Source of the DNA: an uncultured Candidatus Peribacteria bacterium
Lineage (GTDB): Bacteria; Patescibacteriota; Gracilibacteria; Peribacterales; Peribacteraceae
DNA: 64,000 bases
Direction: 5' to 3'
Assembly (NCBI GenBank): GCA_964597665.1
Contig: CAZQYX010000002.1
Location: 12,723 to 76,722, forward strand
The stretch's first letter is position 1. Each line of letters begins with the position of its first letter. Positions 53,119 to 62,239 of the stretch are shown here, piece by piece. The position numbers and the translations under genes were made by a program. The notes below the pieces were generated by a model, which did no database searches, was not told where the DNA came from, and saw only the letters and a list, made by a program, of their open reading frames with translations.

Positions 53119-54285
53119 ATGGACATTTCCTCACTTCTCTCCGACTACGATCTTAAAAATCTCACCATCGGTGTGCTCGGCGGACACAGCGCGCTCGATG
53201 TGTGTCACGGAGCGAAGCAGCATGGATTCCGTACGGTGTGCGTAGCTCGGAAGGGGAGAGAGCAGACGTACGAAAAATATTACAAAACGAGAAATTCCAA
53301 AAACCAAAAACCAAATTCCAATAACGATTCAATTGGATGCATTGACGACGTGATCGTGGTTGATCAGTTTCAAGATGTTCTTGATGAAAAGATAGAAAAA
53401 AAGCTGCAAAGTATGAACACAATATTTGTTCATAATCGGTACTTCTGGGTGTACTTCGATGACTTCTCGAAGGTCGAAAATGATTTCAATGTTCCGATCT
53501 TCGGGTCACGCACACTGCTGAAATTGGAAGAGCGCGATCAACCGTTTAACCAATATGATTTACTCAAGAAAGCAGGCATTCGGATTCCGAAAATTTTCAA
53601 ATCTCCAAAAGAGATCGACCGACCGGTTCTCGTGAAGGCCGCGGAAGCGAAGAGGGGATACGAGCGTGCGTTCTTCATCTCGACGTCTCCGAAAAGTTAT
53701 GAAGCGACTGGGTCTGCACTCGAGGCGGACGGAAAAGTTTCGAAGAACTGGCGAGAGGCGACGATCGAAGAATTCGTCGTCGGTGCTCCCGTAAATTTTA
53801 ATTTTTTCTACTCGCCTCTCTCAGGCGAGCTTGAGCTGCTTGGTACTGACACACGTCGTCAGACCAACCTCGATGGTTTCCTGCGAATGACGGCCGATCA
53901 GCAAACTCTTGCGCTGAAGCACGTTCCCCTCAAGATGATCGAGACAGGACATATCGCATGCACGGTGAAAGAATCGATCCTCGAGAAAGCATTCGACTTG
54001 GGTGAGAAATTTGTGAAAGCGACGCAGTCACTTCCGGCGAATCTTGATCCGAGCAAGAAAGGCATCATCGGACCGTTTGCACTGCAGGGTGCAGTCGTTG
54101 CGGAAGATGGTAAAGAAGACATCGTGATCTTCGATGTCTCGCTCCGTATTCCCGGCTCACCCGGCATCGCCGCGACTCCGTACTCAGGGTATTTGTACGG
54201 GAAGAGTATGAGTGTCGGGGAAAGAGTAGGACTTGAGATAAAGAATGCAGTACAACAGAAGAGACTCCTGGAGATTGTGACGTAG
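53119..54285 (+). CDS. purP: PurP-like ATP-grasp enzyme, paralogue 2 (carries a repeat-derived insertion)
   Basis: IGVLGGHSALDVCHGAKQHGFRTVCVARKGREQTYE... and an ATP-grasp C-domain. Collinear with paralogue 1 except for an insertion near residue 58. Confidence 0.78.
   Translation: MDISSLLSDYDLKNLTIGVLGGHSALDVCHGAKQHGFRTVCVARKGREQTYEKYYKTRNSKNQKPNSNNDSIGCIDDVIVVDQFQDVLDEKIEKKLQSMNTIFVHNRYFWVYFDDFSKVENDFNVPIFGSRTLLKLEERDQPFNQYDLLKKAGIRIPKIFKSPKEIDRPVLVKAAEAKRGYERAFFISTSPKSYEATGSALEADGKVSKNWREATIEEFVVGAPVNFNFFYSPLSGELELLGTDTRRQTNLDGFLRMTADQQTLALKHVPLKMIETGHIACTVKESILEKAFDLGEKFVKATQSLPANLDPSKKGIIGPFALQGAVVAEDGKEDIVIFDVSLRIPGSPGIAATPYSGYLYGKSMSVGERVGLEIKNAVQQKRLLEIVT
53291..53321. repeat. half-copy of the AATTCCAAA-type repeat inside the purP-2 reading frame (copy A4)
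   Basis: gaaattccaaaaaccaaaaaccaaattccaa is translated in frame as NSKNQKPNSN. Confidence 0.7.
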
Positions 54286-54370
54286 ATGAAATTGTAGAGA
54301 TGCAGAATGAGATTGGAGTTCATTTGCAGATTTTCTTTTGGCAGGATTCTCTTTTAAAGCACTTTGCTAT

Positions 54371-54616
54371 TTAAAATTGAAGCGTTATACCAGCACTTTT
54401 ACATAGAGTATCTAATGAACTTTGCGCATGTGCCTGAAGTTGCTGAACTTCTTCCGCACCGATATGACGCCATCCCCTTGCGCCTATACGACAAACAAGG
54501 CTGCTGACGATTCCTGCTTGTATATCTAAGAGCAGTGTAAAGTCAGGAGCTCTTTCTCCAAGACGCTTTTTTGCCTCGTCTATGAGGGCTAATCCTTCGT
54601 TATAGTTGGGTGACAT
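54371..54616 (-). CDS. hypothetical protein (81 aa)
   Basis: ORF in an AT-rich patch. No family recognised. Confidence 0.4.
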   Translation of the reverse strand: MSPNYNEGLALIDEAKKRLGERAPDFTLLLDIQAGIVSSLVCRIGARGWRHIGAEEVQQLQAHAQSSLDTLCKSAGITLQF

Positions 54617-54766
54617 AGGTTCAGTACTATACTTCTAAAGAATTCATCCGTCAAATATAGAGTTTTGTTCTACATTGGTGGAGCCTTAGCGAATGATTGG
54701 GGACTTTTCAGGTCTTCACTTGTTGAAATTCTTGCTGAAGCCAGCGACAGGGAGTAAAGAATTGTC

Positions 54767-55420
54767 ATGATCAGAAATCCTGAAAGATACTCATTTCTTG
54801 CTCACGCACAGGGATATTTGAAAGCAGCCCGGCTCTACTGTCAGCAATTATTGAATCCAGTCCACAAGTGGAGTGACGGGAATTCACGGGTGCCGCCGGA
54901 ATGGCCTAGCCCGATTGAATATCATGCTGTGGAAATACTCCCAGCGGCTCTTTTCAATATTCACCACGCAATAGAATTGTTTCTGAAATCATTTTTGATC
55001 GATATAGGGAAGCCCAATAATTACTCCCATGATCTCAAAGTTCTCTTTGCCCCCATTGAGCAAGTCGTCATCAAGACAGGATGGTTGCCGATAACAATTA
55101 ATCAATATCAGGAAATTCTTGATCAAGAAGAAATTGATCGTGTCCAACAAGTAGTCATTCCTGAACTCAGAGACTTAATAAATTTTGTCTCCGATAGAGC
55201 CGTTCTCCAGCAAAAGCTTGATGACCCAGCTAATGAGCTATTTAGGTATCCTAAAACACGCAAAGGACAGGAGTATGATATTAACTCCTTAGGGAATGTG
55301 GATGTGGCTGATTTATTAGGCAAAATAGACAAGCTCTATGAGCATCTCAACGACATCGGCTATTTATTTGCTGTTGATATTAGGCACAAGCCACGTGGTC
55401 ATTCTAAGTTCGATCTCTAA
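54767..55420 (+). CDS. hypothetical protein, possibly HEPN-like helical fold
   Basis: IHHAIELFLKSFL....NYSHDLKVLF resembles HEPN helix 1-2 wording. I did not find a clean Rx4-6H motif. Confidence 0.45.
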   Translation: MIRNPERYSFLAHAQGYLKAARLYCQQLLNPVHKWSDGNSRVPPEWPSPIEYHAVEILPAALFNIHHAIELFLKSFLIDIGKPNNYSHDLKVLFAPIEQVVIKTGWLPITINQYQEILDQEEIDRVQQVVIPELRDLINFVSDRAVLQQKLDDPANELFRYPKTRKGQEYDINSLGNVDVADLLGKIDKLYEHLNDIGYLFAVDIRHKPRGHSKFDL

Positions 55421-55561
55421 TACAAACGCGCCCCATCCTCATATATCTTCAATATATTCGGATCATCCAGCTGTTCCTCTTCTTGAGTCTTTTTCATGAG
55501 TAGTAGCTATGAAAGCAGTGAGAGCGGCTGTACTGCATTTACGTATGACATGCTCACATTT

Positions 55562-56758
55562 TTACGCAGGAATTTCTTTCCATGCAGAACGCATCGAAAC
55601 AAATGCGAACAGAAGTGCGATACCGCCTACAATGCCGGTTATAAAGAGAGCGTACGGAATGCCGCGTGCATCGGCGAGTGCTCCGACAAAAGGCGATACG
55701 CATACGAATAGCAGGCGACTGAAGAATGAGCGTACCGACAATACGGTGGCACGCACATCGGATGACGTCATGCGATTGATGAGATCGGCACTGAGCGGGC
55801 CGACGAAATGCCAGGATAAGCGACTGACCAGAAAGAAGATCAGCAGCAACGGTGCGGGTGGGAGGCTGAGCGAGAGAAAGCAGATGATCGTGATGAGTGC
55901 CGGAATGATGAGAAGCAGTCGATCATCGGAACGCTTTTCAAACCATGACACCGATTTTGCGGCACAAGCGCCTGCGACAACCGTCACGGCATGCGTGATT
56001 CCAAACAGTGCAACCGGCACGCCGATCAATGTTTGGTACGGCTGGAAAAACCAGAAGAACATGAGCGACAGTGAGGCAATGAGTCCGTACGTGAGGATGA
56101 CCTTGCGGAGTCCCGGATGCCGAAAGAGCGCATGAGACGATGCATGCACGATTGCTTTGAAATGCTTGGATTCTTGGAGCTTCTGACGCTTCGGTTCTTC
56201 GAGAGACGCTGCTGTACACACGGCAAGCGCCATGGGGATGGCAGTAAGCCAGAGCGGGAGCACGAGACTGATGGCGCCGAGCAGACCTCCAAGGATGCCG
56301 CTTATTGCTTCCGTATTGAATTCAAAAAATGCTTGATTGCCCGCAATCTTGCGATACTCACGTTCGCGTCCGAGTTCTAAGAGCGTGTCGTACGTCATCG
56401 CTTCGATGGTTCCGGATAAGAGACTAGCTCCTGTGCCGATGAGAATTTCTGCAAGTAGGAAGCGCCAGAAGGTCTCGCCGGTTGCGTAGGTAACGAACGC
56501 CGCAACGCCGAAGCAACACCCGAGAACCAACGTATTTCTCCGACCCCAGCGATCGGCAAGATAGCCTGTCGGGATTTCCAGAAGAAAAATCGTCAGCGCG
56601 AAACCGGATTGCAGCAGCATGATTTGTTTCAGATTCAGTCCGTGCGACTGCCAGAACAGCACGATGATGGGAATCATGAACAAGGCCTGCGTGAGTGCTT
56701 GGATGACGTAGAGTTTCCAAATATTCGAGGCAATGGTCGGTGTGCGGGTAATTTTCAC
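55562..56758 (-). CDS. MFS transporter
   Basis: About 12 TM segments. The loop GYLADRWGRRNTL is the MFS signature. Confidence 0.85.
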   Translation of the reverse strand: MKITRTPTIASNIWKLYVIQALTQALFMIPIIVLFWQSHGLNLKQIMLLQSGFALTIFLLEIPTGYLADRWGRRNTLVLGCCFGVAAFVTYATGETFWRFLLAEILIGTGASLLSGTIEAMTYDTLLELGREREYRKIAGNQAFFEFNTEAISGILGGLLGAISLVLPLWLTAIPMALAVCTAASLEEPKRQKLQESKHFKAIVHASSHALFRHPGLRKVILTYGLIASLSLMFFWFFQPYQTLIGVPVALFGITHAVTVVAGACAAKSVSWFEKRSDDRLLLIIPALITIICFLSLSLPPAPLLLIFFLVSRLSWHFVGPLSADLINRMTSSDVRATVLSVRSFFSRLLFVCVSPFVGALADARGIPYALFITGIVGGIALLFAFVSMRSAWKEIPA

Positions 56759-56902
56759 ATATCTATTCTATCGACGAGCTGGAGGGATTTACATCGATTG
56801 CGTGCAAAGTCGCACGAAGTTGTGCGCTCTAATCTTTGTGCAACAAAAAAGCGCCAGGTGGCGCTTTCTAGATCAGACTCGATCAAAGTGTGCAAAGTTG
56901 TC

Positions 56903-56979
<77 letters not shown>

Positions 56980-57034
56980 AACAAAAGTTATCTTATATAA
57001 TTCAAAGCTCATTGGCGAGTACGCTTTTTTCTTT

Positions 57035-57706
57035 CTATTTCTTCGGTTTTCGTAGAAATATCGCCCACTGATCGTGTCTTGCTTCCGATTGTCCGTCTCT
57101 GTCAGCGAGCCACTCGAATTTCCTGAGCATGTGTCTAATAGCGGATTCCGCAAAAACGGTGCGATAGGGATCCCAAGAGGTGCTGTTCGGAGGAGACCGG
57201 AACCAGGAGCAGAAGAAACGTCCTCCGGGTTTTAGTACGCGAAAGATCTCTTGTAGGCAGCGCACTGCAATCGCTTCGTTCTCCAGATGCGTGAAGACCG
57301 ATCCTGCGATTAGAGAGTCGAAAGAGGCACTCCTGAAAGGCAGGCTCAGCAAGTCTTCGGGGATGACACCATAGGGATTGTAAAGACGATGACGGACATC
57401 CAGATGCCGGAAGGTGCAGTGTGTCCACGGTGCGAATGCATGGGTACAGAAGTCGATGCTCGGGGCGTGAATGTCGATTCCGACGTACTCGATATTCAGA
57501 GCGGGCATCAGCATCGCAAGTCGCCCGTTCCCGCAGCCAAAATCGAGAACCCGGTACCCGTCGGAGAGAAAAGAATTCTCCTGCAGACATTGTATTTGCA
57601 CGACAGTATTGTTCCACAGTTCCTCAAAGTCTCCCGGCATGATGGGTGGCGACTCTTCAAGAAGTATCCGCCAATCACTTTTTTCTCTCATGAACATTGC
57701 TCTCAC
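57035..57706 (-). CDS. class I SAM-dependent methyltransferase
   Basis: Motif I VLDFGCGNGRLA and post-I GIDI. Confidence 0.8.
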   Translation of the reverse strand: MRAMFMREKSDWRILLEESPPIMPGDFEELWNNTVVQIQCLQENSFLSDGYRVLDFGCGNGRLAMLMPALNIEYVGIDIHAPSIDFCTHAFAPWTHCTFRHLDVRHRLYNPYGVIPEDLLSLPFRSASFDSLIAGSVFTHLENEAIAVRCLQEIFRVLKPGGRFFCSWFRSPPNSTSWDPYRTVFAESAIRHMLRKFEWLADRDGQSEARHDQWAIFLRKPKK

Positions 57707-57744
57707 TGTATCACGGAAGAATTTTTCGACGCATCCAAGAATGC

Positions 57745-57990
57745 CTACACGGGTCCATTCCCTACGCCCGGCACGAACATCAATATCGGAGCAAAAAGAA
57801 TATCCGTTGTGCCGCTGATTGCTGCGACACTCCAGAAGAAGATGAAGACGCCGACGATGATGAGAACGTTATAGATGCCGCCGACTTTCTGAGCCCACTC
57901 GGGATCGCCAATCATCCCGCCGATTGCCTCGCGGTAGCGGATGATGCAGTAAGCGAAGATGACACCGAAGAGACCTTGGAGGATGTGCAT
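57745..57990 (-). CDS. small membrane protein (81 aa)
   Basis: Two to three TM segments. No family recognised. Confidence 0.4.
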   Translation of the reverse strand: MHILQGLFGVIFAYCIIRYREAIGGMIGDPEWAQKVGGIYNVLIIVGVFIFFWSVAAISGTTDILFAPILMFVPGVGNGPV

Positions 57991-57995
57991 AGTGC

Positions 57996-58316
57996 TCAGA
58001 CGAGAAGTGCATCGAGGCGCTTGCTGACATCTTCTTTCGACTTCACACCGACGAATGTGTCTTTCGCCTCTCCTCCCTTGAAGAGGATGAACGTTGGGAT
58101 GCTCATGACACTGAACTGCTGTGGGATCTCGCTATTCTCATCCACGTTCATTTTGTAGAATGCCACCTTTCCAGCGTACAGAGTGCCGAGTTCATCGATG
58201 ATTGGAATCATGGCTTTACAGGGACCGCACCATGGAGCCCAGAAGTCGACGAGGACGGGAATGGGGGACTTCAGTACTTTCTCAGAGAATTCGGCGTCGG
58301 AGAGGGGGAGAGCCAT
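57996..58316 (-). CDS. trxA: thioredoxin
   Basis: WAPWCGPCK active site. 106 aa. Confidence 0.93.
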   Translation of the reverse strand: MALPLSDAEFSEKVLKSPIPVLVDFWAPWCGPCKAMIPIIDELGTLYAGKVAFYKMNVDENSEIPQQFSVMSIPTFILFKGGEAKDTFVGVKSKEDVSKRLDALLV

Positions 58317-58360
58317 GAGAGTAGGGGGAAAGTCTGTGGGATGATTGTATCATGAAAAAA

Positions 58361-58452
58361 GTAGTAAGTAGTATGTAGTAAGAAGTAAGAATTGCATGCA
58401 AAAAATCAAATGTGATGCTTGCCGTACTACATACTTCTTACTACGTACTTCT
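58361..58452. repeat. GTAGTAAG-type periodic inverted repeat
   Basis: Left arm gtagtaagtagtatgtagtaagaagtaaga (58361-58390) and right arm gtactacatacttcttactacgtacttct (58424-58452). Confidence 0.65.
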
Positions 58453-58454
58453 CC

Positions 58455-59735
58455 TCAAGCTTGTCCTTTCGACAGTATTCCTCTCGTGATTTGCTTGCCT
58501 ATCTCCACCGCCGGCTGTCCGTAGATATTGATGCGGTAGAGCTTGCCGAGGTAGACGACTTCGGTCATCAGAAGGAAGAAGAGTTGCCCGAGATGGTATT
58601 CGTCGAGACGCTGGAGCGAGATGGTCACATGCGGACGCTTGGCGGAGGTGAGGGCTTGACTGGTTCCTTCGTAGCAGGCATCGAGGAGCTGTCCGAAGGT
58701 CTTGTTACCGATGTACGAAAACGCATCGGGCAGATTCCTCGGTACTTCCAGTCTCGGCTTATCAATCTCCCGTAAAAACAAGTGCCACGATTTTCTGGGC
58801 CCCGCCATCCACTGCTGGAGGAGCGAGTGTTGATCCTGCGTGCCGATTGCCGCAACCGGAATAGGATTAAATCCGTCGGATTTCCCGAGGCTTTCCGCCA
58901 GTAGCTGCTGCTCCCAGCGTGCCATGGATAAGAGCCTGTCGCCGTAGGGCATGATGACGCGGATCGGATAATTACGCCTCGTGTCGAGGAGGTACTGCAC
59001 GGCTGCTAGCGAGGCTGCGGGGTTTCTCGCGAGTGTTGTTTCCTGGCAGTGCGTGTCCATCTCTTTGGCGCCGCGGATGAATTGAGTAAGGTCTCCTCCA
59101 AGAAGGCCAAGAGCGAGGAGACCGACGGGAGTGAAGATACAGAATCGTCCTCCGACGTTCGGCGGGATTGCGAGAGTGCGCATGTGCTCCGCGTCCGCAA
59201 ATGCCTTCAGTGGTCCTCCTTCCGGATCGGTGATTGCAATGACGCGGTTCTCGGGACGGGACTTCACCGCATCCTTCAGTTTTTCGTAGCAGGCGAAGAA
59301 GGCTGCCATCGTTTCGAGCGTGCTTCCGGACTTGCTGACGACGACGATGAGCGCGTTTTTCCAGTCGATGAGCTGCAGATGCGTATCGAGCGTTGCCGGA
59401 TCGATCGTATCGATGACGATGAATGCGGGAGTGGTCGGTGATTCGAAAATTTCCTGCAGCACCTTCGGTCCGAGTCCGGATCCTCCGATTCCGATCCAGA
59501 CGATCGTCTTGACCCCTTCGCTTTTGACCGTGTCAGACAGAGCTTTTACCGCTCCAATCGTCTCTTTGTCGTAGGGATTCATCGACCATCCATGTTGTCC
59601 TTTCTCGCGTTCCGAGAGCCATTCTTCCGTGTACCTCCGTATCGAAGAACGGATGGCCGAAAACTCCTGATCCGGAATACCGTGGCTTGGAGTGATGACT
59701 TTTGCAAGCGTGCCTTTGATGTCGAGGGTGAGCAT
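58455..59735 (-). CDS. pgi: glucose-6-phosphate isomerase (short form)
   Basis: IGIGGSGLGP, VVSKSGSTLET and GGRFCIFTPVG blocks. 426 aa. Confidence 0.86.
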   Translation of the reverse strand: MLTLDIKGTLAKVITPSHGIPDQEFSAIRSSIRRYTEEWLSEREKGQHGWSMNPYDKETIGAVKALSDTVKSEGVKTIVWIGIGGSGLGPKVLQEIFESPTTPAFIVIDTIDPATLDTHLQLIDWKNALIVVVSKSGSTLETMAAFFACYEKLKDAVKSRPENRVIAITDPEGGPLKAFADAEHMRTLAIPPNVGGRFCIFTPVGLLALGLLGGDLTQFIRGAKEMDTHCQETTLARNPAASLAAVQYLLDTRRNYPIRVIMPYGDRLLSMARWEQQLLAESLGKSDGFNPIPVAAIGTQDQHSLLQQWMAGPRKSWHLFLREIDKPRLEVPRNLPDAFSYIGNKTFGQLLDACYEGTSQALTSAKRPHVTISLQRLDEYHLGQLFFLLMTEVVYLGKLYRINIYGQPAVEIGKQITRGILSKGQA

Positions 59736-59744
59736 AGGATGAGA

Positions 59745-60329
59745 CTAGAGACTTCGGAGTGCTGCGGCGACACGTTCCTCGGTTTTCTTGAGCGATCCGG
59801 GGAGACGCTTGAGTGCACTCAGCACGGTTCCCTGATCGTATCCCAAAGACACGAGAGCCGCGATGGCATCGGCATCGAACGTTGCATGGTGCTCCTGCAT
59901 TGCCTCTCCTTTGATCGTCGTCCATTCGGGATGTTTTTCAAGGAGCGACTTGAGGTCGACGAGGAGTTTTTCTGCCGTCTTCTTGCCGATTCCTTTGATC
60001 CTCGTGAGCATTCCGCTGTCATCGGTCTCGGCAGCTGTTAGGAGCATTGCAAGTGGAATCGAACACAGTTCCAGAGCGATTTTCGGGCCGATGCCCGAGA
60101 TGTTTAAGAGTTCGGTGAAGAGCGCACGTTCCTCCGGTTTCTTGAAGCCGAAGAGTTCGAGCCGGTCTTCCCGTACGTACGTGTAGGTCACCAGTGTTTC
60201 CTCCGTGCCCTCTTTCAGCGCATCCCACACAGGATGAGGGACGGAGACCAGGTATGCGACTCCCGCAACATCGATTGCGACGTGGGGGAGGGGGAGCTTT
60301 CGCACGGTACCGGTCAGTGCGTAGAACAT
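59745..60329 (-). CDS. ruvA: Holliday junction DNA helicase subunit RuvA
   Basis: MFYALTGTV...IDVAGVAYLV, LFGF, HhH motifs (ISGIGPKIA, IKGIGKKTAEKL). Start at ATG 60329. Confidence 0.9.
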   Translation of the reverse strand: MFYALTGTVRKLPLPHVAIDVAGVAYLVSVPHPVWDALKEGTEETLVTYTYVREDRLELFGFKKPEERALFTELLNISGIGPKIALELCSIPLAMLLTAAETDDSGMLTRIKGIGKKTAEKLLVDLKSLLEKHPEWTTIKGEAMQEHHATFDADAIAALVSLGYDQGTVLSALKRLPGSLKKTEERVAAALRSL

Positions 60330-60356
60330 GCGCAGAGTATAGCAAAGAATCCTGAT

Positions 60357-60415
60357 AAAAATTCCAAATTCCAAAAATCAAAATCCAATTGGAATTTGGC
60401 TTCTGGAATTTGGTA
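60357..60415. repeat. AATTCCAAA-type periodic inverted repeat (copy A5)
   Basis: aaaaattccaaattccaaaaatcaaaatccaa / ttggaatttggcttctggaatttggtatttt with no loop. Lies between divergent ruvA and the M23 peptidase gene. Confidence 0.75.
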
Positions 60416-60469
60416 TTTTGTTGTTCATTTTCTCTTCAAAAACCCCTCTTTTTGTGCTATAGTATTGGG

Positions 60470-62233
60470 ATGCTTTTACGCAAACAAACACACAAAAAAA
60501 CGATCGCAATTGTTTTGGCATTCTGCGTGTTCGTTCCGCTTGCTGCCTTTGGTGCGCAGGGCTCGGAACAACTCCGCGATATGAGAGGACAGTTTGACGA
60601 GCTCTGGCATTCCGCTGCGGAGACAACGAAGCGCAGAGCCACACTCGAACAGAATCTTGTACAATTTGATGTGAAGGTGGCAAACGCGAAGCGCGATCTG
60701 GAGAAGGCGGCCATGGATCGCAGAGACAACCGCCAGCAGATCCTCGATCGTCAGAAACTGATCGATGTTCTGAATCTGCAATTGCACGCGGCAGCAGAGT
60801 CACGAGGGCTCTATGAAGCGGTCGCTGTCAGCCAGAAGGACGATATCGTGTCTTTCATTCGTTATCTCTCGGGAAGGGAAATCGCTCTTCGGGAGAGCGG
60901 ACCTGCAGTCGGCGGGTCGCTTCTGAAACATATTCTCCGGGGATCTCTTGGGAGTAGTGTCGATGAGTCGCTTGCAGAGACCGCGCTCCTTAGGACGCGC
61001 AGACGTTTCGCACTGCAGATCGATGTGCTCGTAAGCGAAGCCGACAGAGCGGAATCGCGCATACGGTCTGTCCTTGCAGATCTCATCCAGGAGGTCGACG
61101 GACTCGAGGAGAGAGGCAAGCATCTCACGCAGACAGTCGAGAGACAGACCGCACTCATCGATGACAGTTGGCGCAGGAAGGAGCTCAGTCAGGAAGAACT
61201 TGGTAACGTCACCCAGGAAGCAGCAGAAGCGAATGCACGTATCGGATTGATGCAAGCCAGTCTCCTCAAAATCAATGCCGAGCTTCGTGAGGAGACACTG
61301 AATACTCTCCGTAGTGATCTTGCCGCTCTGCAGTCGCAGCGTCAGTCGCTCCAAGAAACTCTCACGGCGCTCCAGAGGAAAGACCTCGCGATGAGTCTTT
61401 TAGAAACAGCAGGCGAGCATGCGTTCGAGGATATGCAGAAAGAGCGCAACACGGATAAGAAAATCTATAAGCGCATCGAAGATGCGGAGCTTCGGCTGGA
61501 GCAACTTCAGAAAAATCAGAGCGAACTCTTCGTCACTGCATCCGGGTCCGAGACTTTTTCTTCGTCTGCAGAGGCATCGCAATCTGCAATCGATGGACTC
61601 AAAGAGGTGATCCTCCTGATGAAGACGGGAGTGCCCGAGGATGCCGCAGAAGAATATTTGCAGAAGAAGCATCAATCGGAGCAGGCTTCGGTTCTGCGCA
61701 AAGATCTTGCCGTAGAGATTACAGGAAGCATCAGAAAAATAACCGCACTCGAAGCGTCGATCCTCACGAAGGAACAGGAACTACAGAAGACCGAAGAGGC
61801 CTCGGACCTGAGCGATCTTCCTCCACTGTTTCAGTGGCCGGTTGCTGGCCCCGTCACGGCCGGATACTTCGACCCCGATTACCGGAAGGTCTTCGGTGTG
61901 CCCCATAAGGGCATGGATATCGCAGTACCTCAGGCATCACCGATTCGTACCGTTTCGCAGGGAATCGTGTTCGCGGTGAAGGACGGCGGAAGAACAGGAT
62001 ACAGCTATATTTTGATCGGACATCAGAACGGGTATGCCTCACTCTATGGTCACGTGTCGGCGTCGTTCGTGAAGGCAGGAGACAAAGTCGGCTATGGTTT
62101 CATCATCGGCCTCACCGGCGGGCAGCCGGGAACGCATGGGGCGGGATACATGACGACGGGAGCACATTTGCATTTGGAGATGATGAAGAATGGTGTGCAT
62201 TTGAATCCGTTGGGGGTGCTGAGTGGGAGGTAG
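60470..62233 (+). CDS. M23-family metallopeptidase with long N-terminal coiled coil (EnvC-like layout)
   Basis: Signal/TM, about 400 aa of coiled coil, then HKGMDIA...GHVS...GAHLHLEM (HxxxD and HxH motifs). Start at ATG 60470. Confidence 0.85.
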   Translation: MLLRKQTHKKTIAIVLAFCVFVPLAAFGAQGSEQLRDMRGQFDELWHSAAETTKRRATLEQNLVQFDVKVANAKRDLEKAAMDRRDNRQQILDRQKLIDVLNLQLHAAAESRGLYEAVAVSQKDDIVSFIRYLSGREIALRESGPAVGGSLLKHILRGSLGSSVDESLAETALLRTRRRFALQIDVLVSEADRAESRIRSVLADLIQEVDGLEERGKHLTQTVERQTALIDDSWRRKELSQEELGNVTQEAAEANARIGLMQASLLKINAELREETLNTLRSDLAALQSQRQSLQETLTALQRKDLAMSLLETAGEHAFEDMQKERNTDKKIYKRIEDAELRLEQLQKNQSELFVTASGSETFSSSAEASQSAIDGLKEVILLMKTGVPEDAAEEYLQKKHQSEQASVLRKDLAVEITGSIRKITALEASILTKEQELQKTEEASDLSDLPPLFQWPVAGPVTAGYFDPDYRKVFGVPHKGMDIAVPQASPIRTVSQGIVFAVKDGGRTGYSYILIGHQNGYASLYGHVSASFVKAGDKVGYGFIIGLTGGQPGTHGAGYMTTGAHLHLEMMKNGVHLNPLGVLSGR

Positions 62234-62239
62234 TTCTTT

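Noticed and set aside
54683-54700. tggtggagcc, identical over 9 nt to the 3' end of tRNA-Ala (56904), as a possible island boundary
   Set aside because: A 9-mer match is roughly what chance gives in 64 kb on two strands, and no extended similarity follows.
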